From an uncultured Methanosarcinales archaeon (GTDB lineage Archaea; Nanobdellota; Nanobdellia; Woesearchaeales; JAGVZT01), in assembly GCA_964419615.1 (NCBI GenBank), contig CAYQPU010000003.1, forward strand, positions 8,054 to 72,053: 64,000 nt of DNA. The letters are read 5' to 3'. Below the pieces are notes generated by a model, which did no database searches, was not told the origin of the DNA, and saw nothing but the letters and a program-made list of their open reading frames with translations. This document shows, piece after piece, positions 20,821 through 29,479 of this stretch; within the stretch, counting starts at the first letter, position 1; the number at the start of each line of letters is the position of its first letter. The translations under genes were made by a program, and so were the position numbers.

Positions 20821-20894
20821 TGGTGCGTGCTCGGCAGTTACTACCGTAGTTCACAGCCGAGGCTCACAGGGTGTTCACTTCCTCATCGCACGCA
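20821..20894 (-). ncRNA. probable box C/D sRNA, 74 nt
   Basis: GC-rich island; 7-bp terminal stem UGCGUGC/GCACGCA; C-like GCGAUGA, D-like CCGA; internal K-turn geometry; TTTATATA 22 nt upstream; T-rich tail. Confidence 0.6.
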
Positions 20895-20951
20895 TAAAGA
20901 ATTAATCTAAGTTATTATATAAATGATTTGTATTTCTAGGCAATGTTTATC

Positions 20952-21968
20952 TTATTCAATCTTAAAGTCAATACATATTCTAATTACACCTGGAGAATAA
21001 ACTCCACACTTAACAGAATCTAGAACTTTGAATTGAATTTTTTTCTTATCACAAACAGTTTTGATTTTTTCAATGGATTTTTCTGGAAATTTTTCTTCTT
21101 TTGAAAAATCATAGAAATGGATTATTGTTCCATTATCAGCTGCATTAAGTGCAATATCTAAGAAATCTTCACTAGTTTTAGGAAGTGGCATTAGAATCCT
21201 ATCAAATTTACCAAGTTTAGGAACAATTTCTTTTACATCTCCTTGTTGTAATTCAACATTATCAAGTTTGTTTAGAATAACATTTTCCTGTGCATATTCA
21301 TGTGCTATTGGATTAAGTTCAATTCCAACAACTTTTTTAGCTTCTGTGTTTTTAGAAATAACTAAAACAAAAGGACCACAACCAGAAAACATTACAAGCA
21401 CGTTTTCATTAGTCTTAACTAGTCCAGCTATTCGTTTTCGTTCAGTTGCTGATCTTGGAGAATAGTATACTTTCTCAACATTTAGTTTGATTCTGACACT
21501 ATTCTCCTTATGTATTGTTTCTTTAGTATTTTCTCCAGCAATTAATTCTAACTTTTGTGTTCTAAATTCTCCTTTATGAATTCCAGATTTTTTAAAGACA
21601 GTTTTGATAATGGGGTTTACTTTTAAAAGGCATTCACCTATCACATTCTGTTTTTGGCTTAATTCATCTGGGATATCAATTATTACTATATTCCCAATCA
21701 TATCATAGCTAGAAATAAACTTATCCAATTCATCATCTGACAAGTGTTTTTTTAGCATTTCTATTAGATTTTGTTTTGGCTCAACTTTTTCTAATTCTTT
21801 TTCAACAATTTCAAAATCTGGAAATACTGATTTTACTTTTGCATTAACAGCTATGTACACATGTTCATTATCAGCTGTAGTTTTATAACCAGGAACAATC
21901 AGATCTTTTTCAGCTAACAGTTTTCTGACATTTTCTGCATCTTGTTTTTTGATCTTTATTGTTATCAT
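20952..21968 (-). CDS. trm5: Trm5/Taw2-family SAM-dependent tRNA methyltransferase
   Basis: SYDMIGNI, YYSPR..TER, VMFSGCGPF, ELNP, RILMPLP. Confidence 0.8.
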   Translation of the reverse strand: MITIKIKKQDAENVRKLLAEKDLIVPGYKTTADNEHVYIAVNAKVKSVFPDFEIVEKELEKVEPKQNLIEMLKKHLSDDELDKFISSYDMIGNIVIIDIPDELSQKQNVIGECLLKVNPIIKTVFKKSGIHKGEFRTQKLELIAGENTKETIHKENSVRIKLNVEKVYYSPRSATERKRIAGLVKTNENVLVMFSGCGPFVLVISKNTEAKKVVGIELNPIAHEYAQENVILNKLDNVELQQGDVKEIVPKLGKFDRILMPLPKTSEDFLDIALNAADNGTIIHFYDFSKEEKFPEKSIEKIKTVCDKKKIQFKVLDSVKCGVYSPGVIRICIDFKIE

Positions 21969-22984
21969 ATAAAATCACCAAGCCCTGTTTGTTGTTTTGT
22001 TTTAGATATTTTATCTAATCTATCTTTTATTCTATTAATCCTTTCCTCTGAAAAATCATGTTCTGATAGCATGCTTTTAAGGTTATCTAACTTTGGTTGA
22101 TTCCAAACAAGCTCATATTCGTCAGTTGTTGGCATGTTAATAAAAATGTTGTATATCTCTTTCCAGCTAACATCAAAGCTCCAGTCTAACTCTGAAAAAA
22201 TCTCTTCAGGATTTTTTTCTTTTACTAGTTTAAAAGCTTTTTTAGGTCCAATTCCTTTAACTCCTCCAATATTATAGTCTGTACCTACTAAAATTGCAAG
22301 AATAATAAGCTGCTCTTTGCTAATTCCCCAATTTTGCAGGTTTTTTTCAGTTTCAATAATTATGGGTCCTTGGATCTTGTATACTAATTTTCCTTTTTGT
22401 TTTGTTTTCCCGGAGATAGATAGGTTTTTTAATATTCTTTTAGCACCATAAAGCAGACTATCATAATCCTCGCTGACAACAGCAAATGCCTCTCCTTGAT
22501 TTACAATATATGCTGCTTGGGCTTCACCTTCTGATGGAGCCTGAATAACAGGACATCCAAGTGCATTAACAAGATCTTTTGCTTCATTTATCATCTCAGT
22601 AGTTAATCTTGATGTTCTTGAAGCGTACTTTTTCATGTCTTCAATATTCCCCTTTGCTTTGGCTTGATTATATTGAATTTTTGCCACTTGTTTTAATTCT
22701 TTTCTTCGCTTTCTTTCCTGCTGCTTTAATTTTGGAGGAACACCATCAAAGACAAAAGCAGGTTTTAAACCCATCTCTAGGAATTTTATTGTTCGACCAA
22801 GTAAACCAGTTAAATGACTAGTCACATTACCTTTGGAATCTTTAAGCAAACTTCCATCTCTTTGCCTGATATTACTTAAGAATTGATAGAGCATGTTAAA
22901 AGTATCAATTACAACGATCTTGTTTTTTAATTCATCAAATGTAATCTCTTTAAATTCAATAAGATCTTTAAGATTAGTCCCCAT
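21965..22984 (-). CDS. fen: flap endonuclease 1
   Basis: QFLSNIRQRDG, APSEGEAQAA, SEDYDSLLYG, GTDYN.GG..GIGPK, PIP box QTGLGDF. Confidence 0.97.
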   Translation of the reverse strand: MGTNLKDLIEFKEITFDELKNKIVVIDTFNMLYQFLSNIRQRDGSLLKDSKGNVTSHLTGLLGRTIKFLEMGLKPAFVFDGVPPKLKQQERKRRKELKQVAKIQYNQAKAKGNIEDMKKYASRTSRLTTEMINEAKDLVNALGCPVIQAPSEGEAQAAYIVNQGEAFAVVSEDYDSLLYGAKRILKNLSISGKTKQKGKLVYKIQGPIIIETEKNLQNWGISKEQLIILAILVGTDYNIGGVKGIGPKKAFKLVKEKNPEEIFSELDWSFDVSWKEIYNIFINMPTTDEYELVWNQPKLDNLKSMLSEHDFSEERINRIKDRLDKISKTKQQTGLGDFI

Positions 22985-23963
22985 TGTTCATAAAAATTAT
23001 TTTGATTGCATTAAAATCTTTGTTTAATTGTTCTTGTACTTTTTTTGTTAATTTTCCTTTTGTTAGGTAAATTACAGGTAGTTTTTTGTTTTGACCTTGA
23101 ATTAACGCTGCTGCAAGATCTGTGTCATTACTTGTTTTCTTGCTCTTTGCCTTACAATAGTATTTTAGGTCTCCAAGCTTAGATGGAACATTAATGATTA
23201 AATCAATTTCTGAACCTTTTCTAATTATTTCTGATTTTATTATTTCAATATTTTTCTTTGAAAGAAACTTGCTTATTTGTCCAAAGAAACTATCTTTAAT
23301 TGTATCATCTTCTGGTTTTAATTCTTTTTTTGGTTTTTCTACTTCTTGTTCTATTGTTTCTTTTGCTTCTTTTTTTATTGGCACTATTTTTTCAGGTTTT
23401 ATTTCTTCTTTTTGAGGTTCTGGTTTAGGTTTTGTCTGAACAGGTTGAAACAACTCTTCAGGTCTTTGTTCTTTTTCAATTGGTTCTTTTTTAGCAATAG
23501 GTTTTTTGATTTGCTGTTCAGGTGTTTTAAACATAGACTGCAAGTGTTGTTGAGCAACATCATTTGAGATTGTATACCATTTCCAAAAAATCTCTTTATT
23601 TTCTCCTACTCTTACATTCAGAGGTTTAGCAAAATCTTTTATTCTTCTTAAAGAAACTCTTTCAATAGGTTGTAGAGCAACATCTCGAACAACTTTTTTT
23701 TCTTTAAGCATCTGCAAAGTTTGTCTATCCTTTGGATTGAGCTTATCTTTGAATTTTTCCAGTTGGCTTTCCTGGCCTTTTATGTAATATAGGGGCGAGC
23801 CACCATACTTTAAATTAGAAACTTTTAATTCTCCCCTTGAGACCATCTCAGAAATAATAGCTGATGCCATCAATATACTTGTATCAATTTGTTTTGAAAC
23901 ATGAACTGGAAGAGAAGGCCCCCTCATCCGTATAAAACTTAGAATTTTCTGTTTTTTATCCAT
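22974..23963 (-). CDS. conserved hypothetical protein (N-terminal wHTH-like, K/E/P-rich linker, C-terminal nuclease-like domain)
   Basis: GPSLP..GGSPLYY..FWKW N-terminal block; C-terminal EIDLI..YYCKAK. Confidence 0.6.
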   Translation of the reverse strand: MDKKQKILSFIRMRGPSLPVHVSKQIDTSILMASAIISEMVSRGELKVSNLKYGGSPLYYIKGQESQLEKFKDKLNPKDRQTLQMLKEKKVVRDVALQPIERVSLRRIKDFAKPLNVRVGENKEIFWKWYTISNDVAQQHLQSMFKTPEQQIKKPIAKKEPIEKEQRPEELFQPVQTKPKPEPQKEEIKPEKIVPIKKEAKETIEQEVEKPKKELKPEDDTIKDSFFGQISKFLSKKNIEIIKSEIIRKGSEIDLIINVPSKLGDLKYYCKAKSKKTSNDTDLAAALIQGQNKKLPVIYLTKGKLTKKVQEQLNKDFNAIKIIFMNNGD

Positions 23964-24001
23964 GATTTTATAGAAGTAAATAATGTTTAAAAACCTTTGC
24001 T

Positions 24002-24661
24002 CTAAGGTCTCATCCACCTAATCTCATAATAAGTGACATCTCCTTCATCATCAACAACACCTATTAAAAGACGCTTTTTTGTTGAGTGAGCAACTCTGTT
24101 TTTTGCAGCAAATTCATACCAAGTAAGAACATTTCCTTCATGAACTGGATAAATAATCCACCTAGCATGATCCTCTCCTGGTTTAATTCCACGGTCATAA
24201 ACTCTAAAATCTGCTCCAAATTTCAATGCAGTTTTTACAACATAACCTCTGTTCCTCATGTTCTTATAAACACAGTACCTAATCCAGAAATTTGGCTCAA
24301 CTTTTCTTGCCCTTAGAATATAAGTTCTTGATGTTAGCTTTTTTTTCCTATAATCTGTAATGACTAATTTGCCTTTTTCCATTAAAAAAAGGCCTTCACA
24401 TAAAGAAAGTTGGACTTTTCCACCTTCAATTATCTTTCCAAAACAACTTTGATTAAAAAATTCTCTTGCAGCATCACTATCTTCGGTTAGTACACGTTCT
24501 CTTGCAAAGATAGCTTTAACTATTTCTTTTTTCTTTTTAACTTGTTCAGCAGCAGATTTTTCTACATTTTTATCTGTTTTTTTAGTTGTAGCTTTTTTGG
24601 TTTTTTTAGCTACTTTCTTCTTTGTTATTTTCTTTTCAACTGCTTTCTTTTTACGTGGCAT
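24002..24661 (-). CDS. endA: tRNA-splicing endonuclease, single catalytic unit with Lys-rich N-terminal tail
   Basis: VYKNMRNRGYVVKTALKFGADFRVY, H in EDHA, RVAHSTKK, YYEIRW. Confidence 0.93.
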   Translation of the reverse strand: MPRKKKAVEKKITKKKVAKKTKKATTKKTDKNVEKSAAEQVKKKKEIVKAIFARERVLTEDSDAAREFFNQSCFGKIIEGGKVQLSLCEGLFLMEKGKLVITDYRKKKLTSRTYILRARKVEPNFWIRYCVYKNMRNRGYVVKTALKFGADFRVYDRGIKPGEDHARWIIYPVHEGNVLTWYEFAAKNRVAHSTKKRLLIGVVDDEGDVTYYEIRWMRP

Positions 24662-24723
24662 GTTATTTAAAAACTACTCTGAAATGCTTTATATACTTTG
24701 CTCTTTTAGTGCAAATAAGTAGG

Positions 24724-24871
24724 ATTAGCTCCCATAGGCCGGTTCATGAGCCAGTTTGTTAGCTTGTTTAGAATAGTAATCTTAGATTATTATCATGATT
24801 ACAAACTGTTCCTTATTGTTTCTTACGATTTTCACAGTCTCATTCACTTAATTGGCCTTTATGGAGCTAAT
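24724..24871. ncRNA. unassigned structured element, copy A (paralog of 52720-52866)
   Basis: terminal stem ATTAGCTCCCATAGGCC/GGCCTTTATGGAGCTAAT; core blocks shared with copy B with compensatory changes; G-U pairs favour + strand. Confidence 0.7.
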
Positions 24872-24931
24872 TTCCAATTATTACGTTTTGTTTTAGAAAC
24901 ATTTAAAAGAATATTTTGATTAATCATATAT

Positions 24932-25203
24932 GGTAAGCTAGATTGGGGGGTTAGCCGTCTCTTGTTACCATAAATCGGCTTTATGATGGAATCGAAGCTT
25001 GAGAAGAGGTAACTTTTCAAGTTGTTGGTCTTGGTTTGGACAGTGAAGTTCTGTCCTGTTGGACTTATGTTTGTAAGAATCATGTCAGGTCAGGAATGAA
25101 GCAGCATTAATTATATTCACAGGTGCTAATAGGGTAGCAGAACCAAGAAAGAACTAAGGTAGCTGGCTTCTTGTTTGGCTATCGATTTTTGAGCGTGCTT
25201 ACC
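24932..25203 (+). ncRNA. ffs: archaeal SRP (7S) RNA
   Basis: helix 1 GGTAAGC/GCTTACC; Alu-like GCTAGATTGGGGGGTTAGCCGTCTCTTGTTACC; helix 8 CAGGTCAGGAATGAAGCAGC (25086-25105). Confidence 0.9.
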
Positions 25204-25210
25204 TCTTTAT

Positions 25211-26005
25211 TTATCTTTTTGTTGAATTGATGAATACTTCTACTTGTTCTGTAATATCTGCTCTACCTGTAGTTTCCAAAGCAAAATGAACCGCTCTTCT
25301 TTTATCATTATTGTATTCTATTTTTTCAGGATATACAGTACCATAATCATTTGAGTATGGATCCTCTTTATAGGAGTAATATATTTTATTGCTATGAGTA
25401 TCATTTATTAAGTCTAAACTCCACCTAACTGCTAAATTTGTTAGGTCTGACACCAGTTCTGAATCATTGTTATAACCAAATCTGTAAGCAGTTCCATCTT
25501 TGGTTCTGACTAGCCAGTATGAATCTTTTTCATTATTGCCACTTGTCTTGTTCTCAACATACATGTATGTTTCAATCTTAGTGTGGAATCTATCTTCGTT
25601 CAGTACATATATTAAATCATATGAAGCTCCATTTAAAGTTAAAGTAAATGTGTCATCAGAAGTATTTATGTTGGTATAGTTAACATCTCTTTGGATGTTG
25701 TTTTGAGTGATTGACCAAGCGTTTCCTAGGATTTCAGATTGTTTTGTTGCTTGACTATTATATACTAAGCCTAATGAAGGTTGAAGATTACTCGTTCCAG
25801 GCGGTATTCTTATTCCATATGAGTAAGTTGCTGAGCCAGTGAACAAGCTTGGATTGAGTTGTCCTTGGAGGTCTAGTTTATTTCCTTGTGGGACTGAAGG
25901 GTTTGAGAAATAGGATTTGGGTTCTCCTGCATATGTGTGATGAATGAATATATTAAATATTATAATTAAAAACATTATTTTGCATATTTTATTTTTATTA
26001 TTCAT
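25211..26005 (-). pseudogene. N-terminal fragment of secreted SpvB/RHS-type protein
   Basis: signal peptide, LFTGSATYSY.I.IPPG..LQPSLGLVYNSQ, WSLD.I.D..SN.I.Y.Y; ends abruptly 8 nt from SRP RNA 3' end. Confidence 0.75.
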
Positions 26006-26244
26006 TTTTTAATTAACCACCAGCCTTTTCCTTCGTATGGGTCGGATAGGTTTGATAAAGCTAATATTATAAAAATCAAAAGAATGTACTTTGAATAAGC
26101 AATTTCCTTCTTGGTATAAAAAGAAAAAGTAAGGAAAAATATAATTACGATTAATAATAATAATAATAATGGATACTTTCTAACTATACTTTTAGGTGAT
26201 TCATCAAGTAACTTTAATATATACTTTAAATATCCCATTGACAT
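26002..26244 (-). CDS. small 2-TM membrane protein, candidate immunity protein
   Basis: two hydrophobic segments; coupled within the RHS array. Confidence 0.5.
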   Translation of the reverse strand: MSMGYLKYILKLLDESPKSIVRKYPLLLLLLIVIIFFLTFSFYTKKEIAYSKYILLIFIILALSNLSDPYEGKGWWLIKK

Positions 26245-26654
26245 TTAGGTTCCTCCTTTGTGATTAAGTACAGAGAATATATGATACAGATACAAGGAAA
26301 AAAATACAATAAAACCATCTCACTAGATACAACTTTTATTATTGGGAAAAATAATCCATAGATCAAAGGAACAATTGTACTTATCAAGACAAGAGCCATA
26401 AGAATTAAGTTATTGGTCTTGAGGACTCTCATGTTTAATAGCAAGTACACAAGATTAAATCCTGAAAACAATACATAAAGAGACAATGAAAAGGTTGCCA
26501 TAATTATATTAAACCTCCTATCTTGTGTTAAGTAAATAAGGTCTAGTATAAAAGCTAGCACAAAGAAAATAATCTGCAAGGCTTTAAGCCATACAGGCAC
26601 TAACTTGTGTCGCTTTTTCCTAATTTTAGCCATCTTGGTTTGTTTCTTCTTCAT
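26226..26654 (-). CDS. 4-TM membrane protein, candidate immunity protein for RHS-CT2
   Basis: overlaps the 3' end of the RHS-CT2 gene; four hydrophobic segments. Confidence 0.6.
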   Translation of the reverse strand: MKKKQTKMAKIRKKRHKLVPVWLKALQIIFFVLAFILDLIYLTQDRRFNIIMATFSLSLYVLFSGFNLVYLLLNMRVLKTNNLILMALVLISTIVPLIYGLFFPIIKVVSSEMVLLYFFPCICIIYSLYLITKEEPKCQWDI

Positions 26655-27645
26655 CTTTTTTATCTGAACTAATTGGCTCTTCTAAATATGTTCCTTCAGT
26701 GAAGCTCTCAAAAGATTCATAAGTGTCTCTATAAATATTTTTATGAAACAAAAATGCATATAATTGGTCTGATTTTAAAACTATATCACTCATATAAGGC
26801 TCAATGCCAGATCCACTTAATATTTGTCCTGCACCTAAAGATACACCTGCCCAACCAGCATCTTCTCTCAGTCCACCAATTTCTTCCATATTTTTAGGAC
26901 CAAATAGTTTTGCAGAACTATCTTTCTCAACTTGCCACCACATTTCAGCTACAGCCCATTCGGAGATATCTAAAACATCTGGTATGGGACTCATCTGGTA
27001 TACTCCTTCCAACAACTCATTCGCTGGAACCTCACTCCATGCTTGATTAATTCCTTCACTAAATGAATTAATTGCATATTCAATTCGTTCCCTGGGGTAT
27101 CTAGATATGTCAGCAAAGAATGCAAAGAAATTCCCACTAGGATCCACATACTTATAGGGATTATTCAACACATAAGAGTATCTATTTAGATTCTGTGGAT
27201 TATAGGGATCTTGGATTACTGTATCAGGCTCTACAAACTGCCTCATATAAGCATAGTAATATCTTGCTTCATAATAATATAGTCCAGTATCATCTCTTTC
27301 CTTGCCTGTGTAGAGGTGGGTTTCTTCTTCTCCACCTGAATTTACGTCTCCAAAAGGAAGATAAGTTGTTTCCTCAACCACACCACCTGTTTCATTTGTT
27401 ATTAGAGTAGTGCTTCCTAAGTGATCAGGATGATAGAACCATTTAGAACCATCAGGATTTTTCCTAGCTAATAATTTACCATTGACCCAGATATAAGTAT
27501 AATTATAGACACCAGAACTGTTCCTGATTTGCATAAAGTATTGGCTTATGTAGTATGTGGTTTCATTAGTGCCATCCAAATTATAATGGATTTTTCTTAG
27601 TCTGTTTATCGACTTTCTGAAGTTTTTTTGGGTTGTGGTTTTCAT
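26626..27645 (-). CDS. orphan RHS core plus variable C-terminal toxin (CT2)
   Basis: FYHPDHLGSTT, YLPFG, YTGKERDDTGLYYYEARYY, LNRYSYVLNNPYKYVDPSG. Confidence 0.88.
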   Translation of the reverse strand: MKTTTQKNFRKSINRLRKIHYNLDGTNETTYYISQYFMQIRNSSGVYNYTYIWVNGKLLARKNPDGSKWFYHPDHLGSTTLITNETGGVVEETTYLPFGDVNSGGEEETHLYTGKERDDTGLYYYEARYYYAYMRQFVEPDTVIQDPYNPQNLNRYSYVLNNPYKYVDPSGNFFAFFADISRYPRERIEYAINSFSEGINQAWSEVPANELLEGVYQMSPIPDVLDISEWAVAEMWWQVEKDSSAKLFGPKNMEEIGGLREDAGWAGVSLGAGQILSGSGIEPYMSDIVLKSDQLYAFLFHKNIYRDTYESFESFTEGTYLEEPISSDKKDEEETNQDG

Positions 27646-27730
27646 TCTTTTTAAACTAAACTAATCTTCCTAACACTTTTTTGATTCTGATTTCAAAAAA
27701 ATTTAAATAATCCAATTTACATTTTATCAT

Positions 27731-28021
27731 TTGATGCAACCTTTCAAGTATTTCATATATCCACTAAATTTTCTGAGTTTGTCTTTAATTTATGCACTGA
27801 TTTATTTTATTATCATCTCATCTACTTCTGGTACAGTTAATCTTTTAATGCTAATTGTTGGGTATTTAATTTTTGCAATTTTACTTACAATAGTTTTATC
27901 CAAATGGATAATAGACATATATTCAAAGAACAGATTAAAAAATCCCCTCTTGTTTTGGATTTTGTATGTTCTTGTTAACTTGATAATCTGGTTAATAGTA
28001 ACCTCTTTTTTTCTCCCATGA
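27731..28021 (+). CDS. small 3-TM membrane protein, candidate immunity protein for CT1
   Basis: three hydrophobic segments; convergent on the CT1 stop. Confidence 0.55.
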   Translation: MMQPFKYFIYPLNFLSLSLIYALIYFIIISSTSGTVNLLMLIVGYLIFAILLTIVLSKWIIDIYSKNRLKNPLLFWILYVLVNLIIWLIVTSFFLP

Positions 28022-28078
28022 AATTGTAAATAGTTAGGACTCTTCTTATTCTTCTTCTTGAATTCACATAGTATTGTT

Positions 28079-29343
28079 TTAACTCTCACCATTATCATTA
28101 TCCTCATCCTTAAGTTTATTCCATTTATTCGCTCTAGTCTTAGCATAATGATTATGAATCATTGTAGAAACATGGGATGGAATGTTTATACCCAGTGCAT
28201 TTATTGTATCAGTTACATAATCCTGACAGATATATTCACCAGAGACATATTCATTCTTAGCATTCTGTTCTGCAACTGAAATCAGGTATTTATCTTCAGT
28301 TAACGATGTTTTAAATGTGGTACTCGCCTTAAAATCAGGATTATCGGGTGCACCTAGATCTTCATTGAAATTCTGTATGGCATTCAGTATGTCTATTGTT
28401 TCTTGAGCAGTATCTGCATGAATAGGTTGAGGATTTAGATTACCTCCTGTTTGACTGTTTGGAGCGAAGGAGTACAGTGTATAACCTTCTCCACCTTTAC
28501 TTCTTTCTTGCCCAATTACTATCACTTCATGAGGTTCTTTTATAGGTTTTCCCACAGCTTTCCTAAGTAAGTTAAATAAGGTGTGATGCTTCAAAGGATG
28601 AAAATTATTTACTAGTATCGCATCATTCCCGCTCGGATCCACATCTTATACGGATTATTTCTCACATAACTATATCTATTCAGTTGTTGTGGATCATAAA
28701 CATCAGGTAAGAGTGTATCAGGCTCTACAAACTGTCTCATATGTGGATCATAATATCTTGCTTCATAGTAATATAGGCCAGTATCATCTTTCTCTTTGCC
28801 AGTATAGAGGTGAGTTTCTCTAGAACCACCTGCATTAACATCACCAAAAGGAAGGTAAGTTGTTTCTTCAACCACACCACCTGTTTCATTAGTTATCAAA
28901 GTAGTACTTCCCAAGTGATCTGGATGATAGAACCATTTGGAGCCATCGGGATTCTTCCTTGCTAAAAGTTTTCCATTAACCCAAACATAAGTATAGTTAT
29001 AAACACCTGAACTGTTCCTGATTTGCATAAAGTATTGGCTTATGTAATATGTTGTCTCATTAGTGCCATCCAAATTATAATGGATTTTTCTTAGTCTGTT
29101 ACCTTCATGATCATAAAGATATTCCTCTAGAATTGTGCCAGTTGCATTTCCTTCTCGTACTCTTATTAACTGGTTAAATTCATTATACTCAAAATGATTA
29201 TCTTTGCCTTGGATTAAGTTTCCATTACCATCATAAGTTAGTTCATGATGATTGTTTAATGCTGATGCATGAGAAATTGTAACAAGAACTATTAGACTAA
29301 TTATAAATAAAGATAAGTTCTGTTTGTGTTTGTTTTTTGAAAT
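28079..29343 (-). pseudogene. signal-peptide mini-RHS toxin with frameshift at the core/CT1 junction
   Basis: open frame from 29343 (signal-like NISKNKHKQNLSLFIISLIVLVTISHASA, YD repeats, RHS core); one base missing at 28644/28645 relative to the paralogous AAGTATGTGGATCC. Confidence 0.8.
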
Positions 29344-29479
29344 ATTAAGCCCCCTCTTTTATGGGTCGCACTGTTTATACTAATTCACTTAATTTTCCCC
29401 CCTAAGTTAAACCAATTGTTTAATTATTTAAATGTTTGTGTTAACATAAAATCTCTTGTGAAAAGAGTAGTATCTTCTA

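Noticed and set aside
20821-20894. tRNA or 5S rRNA interpretation of the 74-nt RNA
   Set aside because: No D-loop GG, TTC T-loop or anticodon arm; too short for 5S
24724-24871. MITE interpretation of the two-copy element
   Set aside because: Terminal repeats differ between copies while pairing is kept, no target-site duplication is visible, and internal stems covary
24859-25083. Track ORF on minus strand
   Set aside because: Antisense to the SRP RNA gene
27802-28146. Minus-strand ORF as the CT1 immunity gene
   Set aside because: Overlaps CT1 and is the antisense shadow of the better TM ORF 27731-28021
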